NCBI GenBank assembly: GCA_964016885.1
Contig: OZ024763.1
Location: 6,944,001 to 7,008,000 of the forward strand
Length of the DNA: 64,000 bases
Reading direction: 5' to 3'
Origin: Eledone cirrhosa
Lineage: Eukaryota
Position 1 is the stretch's first letter. Each line of letters begins with the position of its first letter. Shown here one piece after another: positions 40,690 through 51,922 of this stretch. The notes beneath the pieces were generated by a model. That model was not told the DNA's origin. It saw only the letters and a list, made by a program, of their open reading frames with translations, and did not search any database. A program made the translations under genes and the position numbers.

Positions 40690-41170
40690 GTTATGATGTC
40701 TCTGAAAGTTGTTTTTAATGCTAAAGGGTCTTGTCAGATGCAACGACAATTGACCTGGCTGGATCCCCAAGTGGGACCAGCCAAGCTCATGGATGTTACC
40801 AACCATCTTGCTCGGGGTCTACCCCTGGGTCTCCTGCCTGTTGGTTTTGCCCATAAAATCTGTCCAGTGATTCTTTCCTGAGACATTCTAATCACATGTC
40901 CATAGTATCAGAGCTGTGATCTCTCAATTCAGAGAAGTAGTGGCTCTACCTGGAGTGACTATTTGATATCCAAGCTGTGCACTCTATCAAGAAATATTAC
41001 TCCAAAGACCCTTCGGAGGAACCCCATTTCGGCCGCTTGTATTCGTAATCATATTCTTTCAGTCATTACAGAAGTTTCATCACCAGAGGCAAGGGTTGGC
41101 ACGAATACCGAATTGAAGATAACATGTTTGGTTTTTACACCTAACTCCCTTCTGATAACTGAGTGCTGAA
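40690..41170 (-). mobile_element. RTE (Expander/Rex3-like) LINE fragment
   Basis: The minus strand gives a decayed RIQAAEMGFLRRVFGV...EPLLLxIERSQLx.YGHVIRMSQER...PTGRRPRGRPRARW. Confidence 0.8.
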
Positions 41171-41224
41171 GGAAGCTCGTGTATTATCACACATCACTCC
41201 TGGTATTTTATTAATCCCTCCCCT

Positions 41225-41575
41225 CTCCGGAAAGATTTAAACTTGGAATGTAAGAAAGAAGCACAGCTCCCATGACTTTCAGAAACAGTTTTTCATGCTC
41301 AGAGTTGCTGAAGCATGGAACAAACTACCAGCATCAGTTGTTAGCTATCAGAACACAGCTTCCTTCAAAACTTCCATGCTTCATGAAATTCGCCAACACC
41401 ACACCTGATATTCCCCTTCTATACACACACACACAGATGTGTATGTCTGTGTGTATATATTGACTCATACACTGTTCACTTTCCTGACATTTGTACTTTA
41501 TTCTATGTACTATAGATGCACCTTTGATGAGTTGTAGTGCACCTGAACACTGTACACAATAATTTTCATTATTTT
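41225..41575 (+). mobile_element. CR1-like LINE 3' end
   Basis: FRNSF..RVAEAWNKLPASVV followed by the shared 3'UTR. Confidence 0.8.
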
Positions 41576-42296
41576 ATTACAAGAAGAAACAATTGATAAG
41601 ATCCCAAACCTCGTTCACTCACCAAGTGGCATGATGTGGAATTTGTCAAATTGGACCAATTGCTGATACTATCTACCGGTCGCAAATCCTGGTAGAAAGG
41701 GTGACATGAAATAAAGTGTCTTGCTCAAGGACATAATGCATCGCTTGGTCCGGGAATCAAACTTGCAGCCTCACGAATGTTAATTCAATTCTCTAACCAC
41801 TAAGCCACTCACTGTGAATATATACGTACATATATACAATTACATATATATATGTTTTTTTTCTCATTTTCCCCATTCCTGCCTCTCATCACTCTTTACT
41901 TTCTATTTATCTTCTATTTCTAACTATCTTCTGATGAAGGACTTGTATCCAAAACGTTAAAACTCTCTTCCTGCTATTTCAAGCATTAAACTAATGTACT
42001 TCTTCCATGTACTGTGCCATTTGTTTTGTTAATTTTGTTATTTTACACACACACACATATATATATATATATTAGATATTAGTTTAGCAATGATAATAAT
42101 AATAAAGGCAAGTTATTTTACATATTCATATGAAATGAATATCATTGTTAAACTAATATCTCATATATTAGACTCTGTATCTAAAGGATTGACTCAGAGA
42201 AACATGGAACCTATCTCTGGACCTCACTGAATTACTTGCTATTGGATTACATTGAGTTCTACCTATGGTATAGCCCCTACCACAAAAGGTAGACCA

Positions 42297-42350
<54 letters not shown>

Positions 42351-42384
42351 AAAGTTATATTTAAATTGTTGGGTTACTATCGTA

Positions 42385-42421
<37 letters not shown>

Positions 42422-42425
<4 letters not shown>

Positions 42426-42589
42426 GTAGAGAATGTAGATCAGCAGGAGGGCTCAAACGACATGCAAAAGTTCATGAACTCCAACCACAGTTTGCTATTC
42501 CCAGTGAATGTTTTGGTTGCCAACTCTGTGGAAGACATTTTAGATCATTGGCTGGGCTAAAAAGCCACATTCGATCGCAGCACTGTTAA
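42422..42589 (+). mobile_element. LINE (RTE-type) C-terminal double C2H2 zinc finger fragment, missed by the ORF track
   Basis: CGRECRSAGGLKRHAKVHELQPQFAIPSECFGCQLCGRHFRSLAGLKSHIRSQHC*. No TGEKP linker. Confidence 0.75.
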
Positions 42590-42622
42590 TTGTTATTGTG
42601 TGTGTATATGTATATATAGATA

Positions 42623-42663
<41 letters not shown>

Positions 42664-44308
42664 GTAAATATGATAATAAGGGCGCTGCGGAGTTGCAAAT
42701 GGGTTACATATGAAAAAAGTTTGTCCTTCATCAGTGATCTTCCAACTATCATAGGTATTTCATCGCTTTAAAGACCATATACCTCCGGTTGGTGCGAGCA
42801 ACGGCTAAAAAAGTTGTTGGGACACGTAAATAAAGGGGACGCGAGGGTAAACAAACAAAATGGTGAATATTTAACTTTGCCTTTCATCCTTACGGGGTCG
42901 ATAAAATAAAGCACCAGTAACGAACTGGGGTCGGTTTAATCGCCTTTCCCCTCCCCCAAAATTACTGACCTTTGCCTATACTAGAAATCATTGTTGTTAT
43001 GTTTTTTTTGTTTGTTTTTTCGTGCAATGGCCATACTCGATAATGAGGGGGCAGCCATCATATATATATATACACACGAACAAGAAGACCCCAGACTTAA
43101 TTCACTCACTGTGTGGTCTGGGAATCAAACTCACAACCTCACAATTGCGAATCCAGCCACTAAGCCGTGCACCTTCACCTCAGAATGTAAAAGGCCTTAA
43201 CTAAATTGTGCGACACTCTACTGATCCTGCTAAAATTTAGTTTTGTTCTGTGTCAGGGTCCCAGCTGTTGGCTGTAGGTGACTGGTTCTTATTTTTAGAA
43301 TTTCAAATCTCAGAAAGAAGAAAGGAAAAAATACCCCCCCCCCTCCCCTCCTCAAAAAAAAACAAAACAAAAAACAAAGGTAAAACAAAACAAAACAAAT
43401 ACTCCCCCCCCCCCACAATCTGGCAGCAGAAAGTCTAATGTGATTCTTGGTGGCAAGGAATGACTCATCTGTAGAGGTTTTAATAAACTGATAGTGACCT
43501 CTTCTGATTGGAGATAGGGGGGGGGGTATGGAGAGAGGTGGTATATAGATGGAGAGAGGGGTGGGTGGGAGATGGATAGGGGAGGAGAGAGATGGGGAGA
43601 GGTGATAGATGGATGGGAAAGAAGGGATATTGGGAGAGATAGAGGGGGAGATGGGGGAGATAAGTGGTGAAGGAGAAAGATAGGGAGAGAGAGGTAGTAG
43701 ATGGACTGGGGGGGGGGGGGGGGGGGTAGGATGGATATGAGGGGAGAGTGAGAGAGCGAGAGAGAAAAAGGAAAGAAAGAAAGGAAGAGAGAGACAGAAA
43801 GAAAGAAGAGCGAGAAAAAGAAAAAAAGGCAGAAGGAAGGAAAGAAGGAAGAGAGAAATAAAAGAAAGAAGGAAGAGAGTGAGGGGGGAGTAGTGAGCTG
43901 TTAATTAGGTGATATTGAAACTCTGGTCGAGGAATGTTGTTTAATTTAGTATTTTACACCTTACAGTACTGTATATGTGGGATAGGGGTTTCCTGGGGGT
44001 TGGGATTGGAGAGAGAGAGGGAGATGGGGGTAGATAGAGAGAGAGGGAGATGGGGGTAGATAGAGAGAGGGAGATGGGGGTAGATAGAGAGGGAGGGAGA
44101 TGGGGGTAGATAGAGAGAGAGGGAGGGAGGGAGATGGGGTAGATAGAGAGAGAGGGAGAGAGAGAGGGAGATGGGGGTAGATAGAGAGAGGGGGAGGGAG
44201 AGAGAGAGGTGGGGAGAGTGGAATAAACCATATTTTACTACTGAAGGCAGAGAAGCAGAAAGTGTGACACAACTTACAGTAAAAAATATTGTTGGAATTC
44301 TCCACATA

Positions 44309-44660
44309 GTACAAGGAAAAATTCATAGGCTGACTATGAAGAAGTGATGCTAGAGCTGTGAAATCTGGCATGCATTAATTTCATGCATAGATGGAGGCGG
44401 ATTGGCAGTATCGGTAGAGGGTCGGACGGCGTGCTTTGATGCATAGAGCTACGGCCCTTTCCAGTCTGATTTCAAATCCCGCCGAGGTTGACTTTGCCTT
44501 TCATCCTTACGGGGTCCATAAAATAAAGTACCAGTAATGTACTGGGTAATTGCTGGCCTTGTGCCAAAAGTAGAAACAATTAATTTCATGCATTGTTTCT
44601 TTCCAGGGACTATGTTTAAAAATAAACCCCATTTGGTCATTCCATGAGAGTATCTTTCAG
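44309..44660. mobile_element. mariner-like MITE interrupted by SINE A
   Basis: AAAArTTCATAGGCTGAC terminus. Reverse-orientation homologue at 59987-60160. Confidence 0.6.
44389..44578 (+). mobile_element. Full-length SINE A with 15-bp TSD
   Basis: ATTAATTTCATGCAT is present at 44374-44388 and 44579-44593. Confidence 0.92.
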
Positions 44661-45299
44661 ATTAAAAAATATATTGCTAGCATTCTCACATATTATGTAT
44701 GTATGTGTTTGTCTATGTATGTATATATGTATGTGTGCATGTATGTATGTGTGTGTGTGTCTATATATGTATGTATGTATTTATGTAGGTATATATATAT
44801 ATGTATGTGTGCATGTATGTGTGTATGTATATGTATGTTTGTATTTATGTCAGGTCACCAGTTGGTGCTACTGGTAACATGTATCCCAGTACAACCTGTC
44901 TCATGGTCGGGTCGTTGGCGACTAAACTGGCAACCTGTATGTATGTATGTATGTATGTATGTATGTATGTATGTATGTATGTATGTATGTATGTATGTAT
45001 GTATGCGACTAAACTGGCAACCCCACCAAGGTTTCTTGGTGAGGAGGGTGACTTTGGACATCCTGCAGGACTAAAAACAAAACCTGTCAAAGGGCAAAGG
45101 AGCTCTTAAGAGTCAATGGCCATCCAAAACCCGGATGACCCCTTAGCCTTTGTCAAGGCAGAATTCTAGGAGAAGGAAAACTCTGATATAACACCTGCAA
45201 CCCTGATGGTATCCAATGATGTTGACTTGTTCTTCTTTTTGGTAAATATCATCTTGGTTAAGAGAGTGGGACTGGCTTTGTGCAGTGCCTTTGCTCACT

Positions 45300-45560
45300 A
45301 TAACAGCTTCACGGCACAGGCATTGCTTTATATCTGGAGATCTCTCTGCACTTGTCGTCACACGGTATCATGGGCCCAGCACTATGTGTCAATAATTGTC
45401 ACAAGTGTAGTGTTTGTACCAGAGTTTTCAAGTCGCTGGCTGGACTAAAAAGTCACACTCGTTCAGCGCATCGGTAGGAGTTCTCCTACATGGATATAAA
45501 GTAGTGGCCGTACTCGAAAACGAGTTGGCAGCCACCATGTATGTATGTATGTATGTATGT
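45300..45560 (+). mobile_element. RTE-type LINE 3' end with C2H2 finger and (TATG)n tail
   Basis: 45406-45477 reads CSVCTRVFKSLAGLKSHTRSAHR*. The 3'UTR has the hairpin CTCG-AAAA-CGAG, then (ATGT)n. Confidence 0.75.
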
Positions 45561-47631
45561 GTGTCTATATGTGTTTATATGTATGTTTTTATAATTTCAC
45601 AAATGTTTCCCAATAGAGAGAGAGTCAGTTTCTAACAGAGACACAAGACTCTCTCATTGGAATTTACACAACATCAACTAGGTAGATATGTATGTCTGCA
45701 TGTCTGCATGTGTGTGTAGATATGGATGTTATTGTATGTGTGGATGTGTATGTTTTGAATTGTATGTGTGCATGTGTATATGCTTTGTATCTGTACAAGT
45801 GTATATGCAGTTATTAGATGCAGAATTGTTTTAATGTTTTTACATATTTTTACTGTTCCATTAATGGATTGTACATGTAATTTCCTAATGTATGTATGTG
45901 TGTGTGTGTGTCTATATGTGTATGTCTGTATGTATGCATGTATGTATATATGTATGTCTGTGTGTGTGTGTGTGTCTATATGTGTATGTCTGTATGTATG
46001 CATGTATGTATATATATGTATGTCTGTGTGTGTGTGTGTGTCTATATGTGTATGTCTGTATGTATGCATGTATGTATATATGTATGTCTGTGTGTGTAAC
46101 TCCGTCACCAGTTGTAGAAGTGTCTTTGTGATATACAGCATGTCTTGGCATTTTTTTTAAAAACCTGGCAGAGCCCATTCCCACAACCATTCTTCCAGAA
46201 CCAAAAATGGAGAGGGGGGGGGGGGGGGGTCGACCCAGTACTTGACTGGTACGTTCTTTATCAACCATGAAAAGATGAAAGACAAAGATGACCTCAAATA
46301 TGATTGCAAGTAGAGAAAAAAATGAAAGGAGCTTCAGTCTTATAATCTTTATCTATTAGGTGATACCAGCAAGGGTACTTGGCTATTCCAATGTAGTGTA
46401 GTATAGTGTGCTGTGGTACACCTTCCTTTCTCCCGGCACAGTATACACATGCAGTAGTAATGCCATCACCACCACCACTACTACAGCCTCCACCACCACC
46501 ACTACTGCAGCCTCCACCACCACCACCACCACTACTACAGCCTCCACCACCACCACCACCACTACTACAGCCTCCACCACCACCACCGCTACTACAGCCT
46601 CCACCACCACCACCACCACTACTACAGCCTCCACCACCACCACCACCACCACTACTACAGCCTCCACCACCACCACTACTACAGCCTCCACCACCACCAC
46701 CACTACTACAGCCTCCACCACCACCACTACTACAGCCTCCACCACCACCACCGCTACTGCAGCCTCCACCACCACTACTACAGCCTCCACCGCTACTGCA
46801 GCCTCCACCACCACCTCCACCACCTCCACTACCACTACTAATACCACCACCACTGCTACCACCACTACTACCTCCACTACTAATACCACCACCACTGCTA
46901 CCACCACTACCACCACCACCACCACCACCACCACTACTACCTCCACTACTAATACCACCACCAATACCACCACCACTGCTACCACCACTACTAATACCAC
47001 CACCACCACCACCACCACTACTAATACCACCACCACTGCTACCACCACTACTACCTCCACTACTAATACCACCACCACCACCTCCACTACCACCACCACT
47101 ACTAATACCACCACCACCACCACCACTACTAATACCACCACCACTGCTACCACCACTACTACCTCCACTACTAATACCACCACCACCACCACCACTACCA
47201 CCACCACTACTAATACCACCACCACCACCACCACTACTAATACCACCACCACCACCACCACCACTACTTATACCACCACCACCACCACTACTAATACCAC
47301 CACCACCACCACCACTACTAATACCACCACCACTACCACCACCACCACCACCACCACCACTACCACCACCACCACTACTACTATAGTCATCTCCAAGAGG
47401 TAGGAATGAATTTAAGCGGAACACTATCCCCCTCCCCCTCCCTCACAATTCCAATTGTGTCGCTTAGCAACGGCTTTGACAGTCATGTGACAAGAGTAGT
47501 ACAGTTACCTGAAGTTCATTCGTTCTTTCCACGTGTCTTGTGTAATACTCCTTACAACTGGGATATATACATATATATATATATACACATATATATATAC
47601 ATACATATGTATTATATACATATATGTGTAT

Positions 47632-47677
<46 letters not shown>

Positions 47678-47706
47678 TATATACATACATACATATACAT
47701 ATATAT

Positions 47707-47769
<63 letters not shown>

Positions 47770-47790
47770 CATATATATATACATACATAC

Positions 47791-47847
<57 letters not shown>

Positions 47848-48260
47848 CACATATATATATATACACATATATATATACATATATGTGTATTATATACATA
47901 TATATATATATATCTTCACATGTATTATATACATATATATATATACATATGTATTATATACATATGTATATATATATATGTGTATTATATACATATATAT
48001 ATATATACATATATGTGTATTATATACATATATATATATACATGTATATATTATATACACATATATATAAATGTATGTATTATATACATATATATATATA
48101 CATATATTATATACATATATATATATACATATATTATATACATATATATATATACATATATTATATACATATATATATATACATGTATGTATTATATACA
48201 CATATATATATACATGTATGTATTATATATACATATATTATACACACACACCCGTATACA

Positions 48261-48359
48261 CAAGGTGTCCCGAAAAAATGTACTCACTTTGATTACCTGT
48301 ACAGGCAATATTTATTAGAACGCGCAGCCTTTGTGTATACATTCTTTTGGGACACCATT
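48261..48359. mobile_element. ~100-bp Tc1/mariner-type MITE
   Basis: TIRs GGTGTCCCrAAAAAATGTAyaCAC / GTGTATACATTCTTTTGGGACACC. Second copy, inverted, at 59897-59986. Confidence 0.7.
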
Positions 48360-48426
48360 TATACTCTGCTATGTATTGAGTACCTCCGATGGAACCCGGG
48401 GTAACTTAAATATATATATACACATG

Positions 48427-48457
<31 letters not shown>

Positions 48458-48472
48458 TATTTTATAGAAGGA

Positions 48473-48521
48473 GCTTCTACAGGACTAGTACTGTTTCATT
48501 CAGATGAAATCTTCAGGAAGC
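48473..48521 (-). ncRNA. Hammerhead ribozyme (F3, inverted copy)
   Basis: Reverse complement of 48528-48576. Confidence 0.75.
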
Positions 48522-48527
48522 TTCAGT

Positions 48528-48576
48528 GCTTCCTGAAGATTTCATCTGAATGAAACAGTACTAGTCCTGTAGAAGC
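48528..48576 (+). ncRNA. Type I hammerhead ribozyme (F3)
   Basis: GCTTC-CTGAAGA-tTTCatctGAAt-GAAA-CAG tactagtc CTG-TA-GAAGC. GUA cleavage is predicted after 48571, and the palindrome ACTAGT lies in loop 3. Confidence 0.8.
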
Positions 48577-48661
48577 TCCTTCTATAAAATAAAAAAATTT
48601 TACTGCCATGTATTGAGTACCTTACTTACTGTGGTTATCCCCGACTCAACCCGGGACCTAC

Positions 48662-48715
<54 letters not shown>

Positions 48716-48720
<5 letters not shown>

Positions 48721-49009
48721 ATTAAATAAATGGAAAACTATATTTATAAAACCATATTTATTTCATTATATATATTTCGGGGATATCATATTAACAATAT
48801 GCTATGCCTTCATCAGACAAAATACAATATAAACAGTTTTATAGATAAATATATTCGACATACCGTAATAAACATCAACTTCATATAGTTTTCCATTTAT
48901 AATATAGTTTTCCATTTATTTAATATTGTAAATATACTCCAAATATTTGTCGAGTGCTTTCAGTTATAAATATTTACTAGTTGTAACCCAACAATTTTAA
49001 ATATAACTT

Positions 49010-49015
<6 letters not shown>
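48716..49015 (+). mobile_element. PLE-like remnant F2 with minus-strand hammerhead at 48759-48824
   Basis: The inverted segment is the reverse complement of 10438-10589, followed by the direct segment and tail. Flanked by (TA)n. Confidence 0.78.
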
Positions 49016-49057
<42 letters not shown>

Positions 49058-49149
49058 TAAATAAAATTAATGTAAGCCAAATGGTATATAAGTGACTATA
49101 CCATCAAGATGAAAAAATATTTAATGCAAGATGAGGGAAAATATATATA

Positions 49150-49588
49150 TATATATATATATATGGGTAAATATCTCCTCAGATCTGGAGCTGGCTGGTT
49201 TAAGTGATGGGAACAAACCAGATGACATTATAACCATTTGTCCCTGGGTAAGATGTAGGTGTCTCATTAGTGACTCTTTTGTTGTCCCCCCCCCCCCCTA
49301 CAACATGGACGCCGCGGTGAATGTGTGGGGGGGGGGGGGTCACTGCTTCCGTTGCCGAAACGGAATAGAATTCGGAAATGCCTGGACTTAACAAATAATT
49401 ATTTTTTCAAGCTTGTGGTCTTCGTGACGTTTGGTGGAGTTGGGCAGCTGACAGCGAAGTTCTTGTCATCACCGGCGGCTCACCTTACTGAGATGTCAGG
49501 TGATGCCTGTGAAGGTGCCCGGTTATTTCAGCGCCTTAGCCTCGCCATCACCCGTGGTAATGCTGCGAACGTGTTGGCTTGCCTTTGA
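49150..49588 (+). mobile_element. CRE-clade non-LTR retrotransposon, C-terminal restriction-like endonuclease fragment
   Basis: LELAGLSDGNKPDDI.TICPWVRCRCLISD...RIRKCLDLTNNYFFKLVVFVTFGGVG...GDACEGARLFQRLSLAITRGNAANVL matches the PD..D/E-T-x-G...QRLSxAxxRGNA signature. Confidence 0.8.
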
Positions 49589-49618
49589 GTGTTCCACTGG
49601 CCCTTGTGGTGTGTGTAT

Positions 49619-49683
<65 letters not shown>

Positions 49684-49782
49684 AAAATATTCAGGGCCTC
49701 GACGGCTGAGCTACCACTCAACTACCCCAAGTAGCGAGTACTCTTGTGGGTTATTGTCCACCTGGTATTTCACCACACCCTT

Positions 49783-49848
<66 letters not shown>

Positions 49849-50187
49849 GAAGGATGATTTGCTTCAAATGAAACAGTTCTAGTCCTGTAGAAGCCATTTC
49901 TAAATTATATCTCGTATATACTCTATGTATTAAGTACCTTACTTACTGTGGTTACCCCCGATTAAACCCAGGGCTCACATAATAATAATAATAATAATTG
50001 TTTCTACTTTAGGCACAAGGCCAGCAATTACATCAGCGCATTAATAATAATAATAATGATTTCTTTATTGGCCACAAGGGCTGACATCAAGAAAAACATT
50101 ACAGACGAGACAGGACGGTACGATGTGGCTTTTGTGCGTGTAAATATTTTTATTATTTATATAAGAAAAGAAAAAAAAGACATAGAA

Positions 50188-50249
<62 letters not shown>

Positions 50250-50371
50250 AATAACAATGAAAATTGAAACAATGAAAAATTCCCCAATAAGGGGGAAACC
50301 TCCGAGGGTTACTAATGAAATTATTGTGTACAGTGCTCAGGTATACACACACACACACATATATATATATA

Positions 50372-50572
50372 TAGGAACGAGTAGGACCCGACGGCTGAGC
50401 TCAAGCCGTTTCGACGGCTAATTGTGGACTAAATTAGTCCAGAATTAGCCGTCGAAACGGCTTGAGCTCAGCCGTCGGGGTCCTACTCGTTCCTATTACC
50501 CACTCTACTACCCTAAGTATTGAGTACTTTGGTGCGTTATGGTCCACCTGGTTCCTTACCACATTTCCTTCG

Positions 50573-50574
<2 letters not shown>
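50372..50574 (+). mobile_element. PLE-like remnant F1: ~60-bp near-perfect hairpin containing the 3' half of a hammerhead
   Basis: 50372-50432 pairs with 50434-50495. GAAA-CGGC-ttgagctca-GCCG-TC is at 50454-50476. Confidence 0.78.
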
Positions 50575-50616
<42 letters not shown>

Positions 50617-51922
50617 TGAAGTGGTTGTATTAAATATTTAAGCAACATTTATTAAATAAGTACTCAATACATGGTGTGGGAGAGTGTGAAATGTATTTTC
50701 TGAAATATGAAAAGTAGCAGTCACTGCGTTTCACTCTTTCATTGTGTGGTGAAAGGAAAAAGGTAGCGCTGTAAAAGGCAGTCATCCCATACATATTATA
50801 GTGAGGCAGGACGGAATTGTTTGGCCAAACTAAGGAAACGGAGAGAGATAGCTACTGAATGGGGCAGTCATCCTTTCCATTCATACACCATGACACTTCC
50901 ACCCTTTCTCTCTCTATCTCTCTCTCTTTCTCTATCTATCTATCTATTTACCATTACTCCCCTCTTGCTATATTTAGTCTCTCTTCGGCTTCATCCATCT
51001 TCTCTCTCTCTCTCTTTATTCTTTCGCCAAATCCTCTCTCTCTCCCCCCCTCCCCCTCTCTCTCTCTATCTTTATTCTTTCGCCAAATCCTCTCTCCCCT
51101 CTCTCTCTCTCTCTATTTTTATTCTTTCGACAAATCCTCTCCCTCTCTCTACCCTTCTCTCTCTACACCCTTCTCTCTCTACACACTTCTCTCTCTACAC
51201 ACTTCTCTCTCTACACACTTCTCTCTCTACCCTTCTCTCTACACCCCTCTCTCTCTATCTTTATTCTTTTTCTCTATTTACCTTTATTCCCCTTGTCTCT
51301 CTATCCTTATTCTTTTTCCGGCTCTATTTTTTCCCCTCTCTTTTTATTTATATTCTCTCTATCTTTTCCTCCCCTTCTTTCTACACAATTATTTATCCTC
51401 TTTTTCTTTCTCCTATCTGTCTCTTTTTCTCTCCATTGTTCCTTCTACTTTCTCTCTCTCTCTCCACTGCCCCTCCCTCTCTCTTATGTCTCTGCCCCCC
51501 CCCCCCTCATTTCTTCCACCAGTCGTTGCTGAAATTTTCTCTCCTTCACTCAACCACTTTCTCTCTCTCACTCTCAGTCAGTCTCTCTCTCCCCCTCTCT
51601 CTGTCAGTCTCTCTCCCCCTCTCTCCTCCTCTCTCTGTCAGTCTCTCTCTCCTCCTCTCTCTGTCAGTCTCTCTCTCTCACTCTCCGTCAGTCTCTCTCT
51701 CCACCTCTCTCCGTCAGTCTCTCTCTCCCCTCTCTCCGTCAGTCTCTCTATCAACACTCCTCCCTGCGTTTACCTCCTTCTCTTCCTGGTAACAATAGCA
51801 ACAACATCCTTATACAAACCACGTTGCAACATTAAAACAACAATAACAACTGTAGCAACGACAATAACAACACTTGAACTAAACTTTAAAACATCGCAGG
51901 GCTTCCTTCATTCGTGTAGTAA

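Larger units (their letters stand above)
48449..48662 (+). mobile_element. PLE-like remnant F3: near-perfect ~72-bp hairpin plus tail, in (TA)n
   Basis: 48449-48521 is the reverse complement of 48528-48600 with a 6-nt spacer. Relative at 49846-49978. Confidence 0.8.

Noticed and set aside
46294-47424. Gly-rich or Pro-rich ORFs resembling cuticle or beak proteins (also 25609-27118 and 30128-30880)
   Set aside because: These are (CCA)n-based simple repeats open in many frames, with no signal peptide or splice support.
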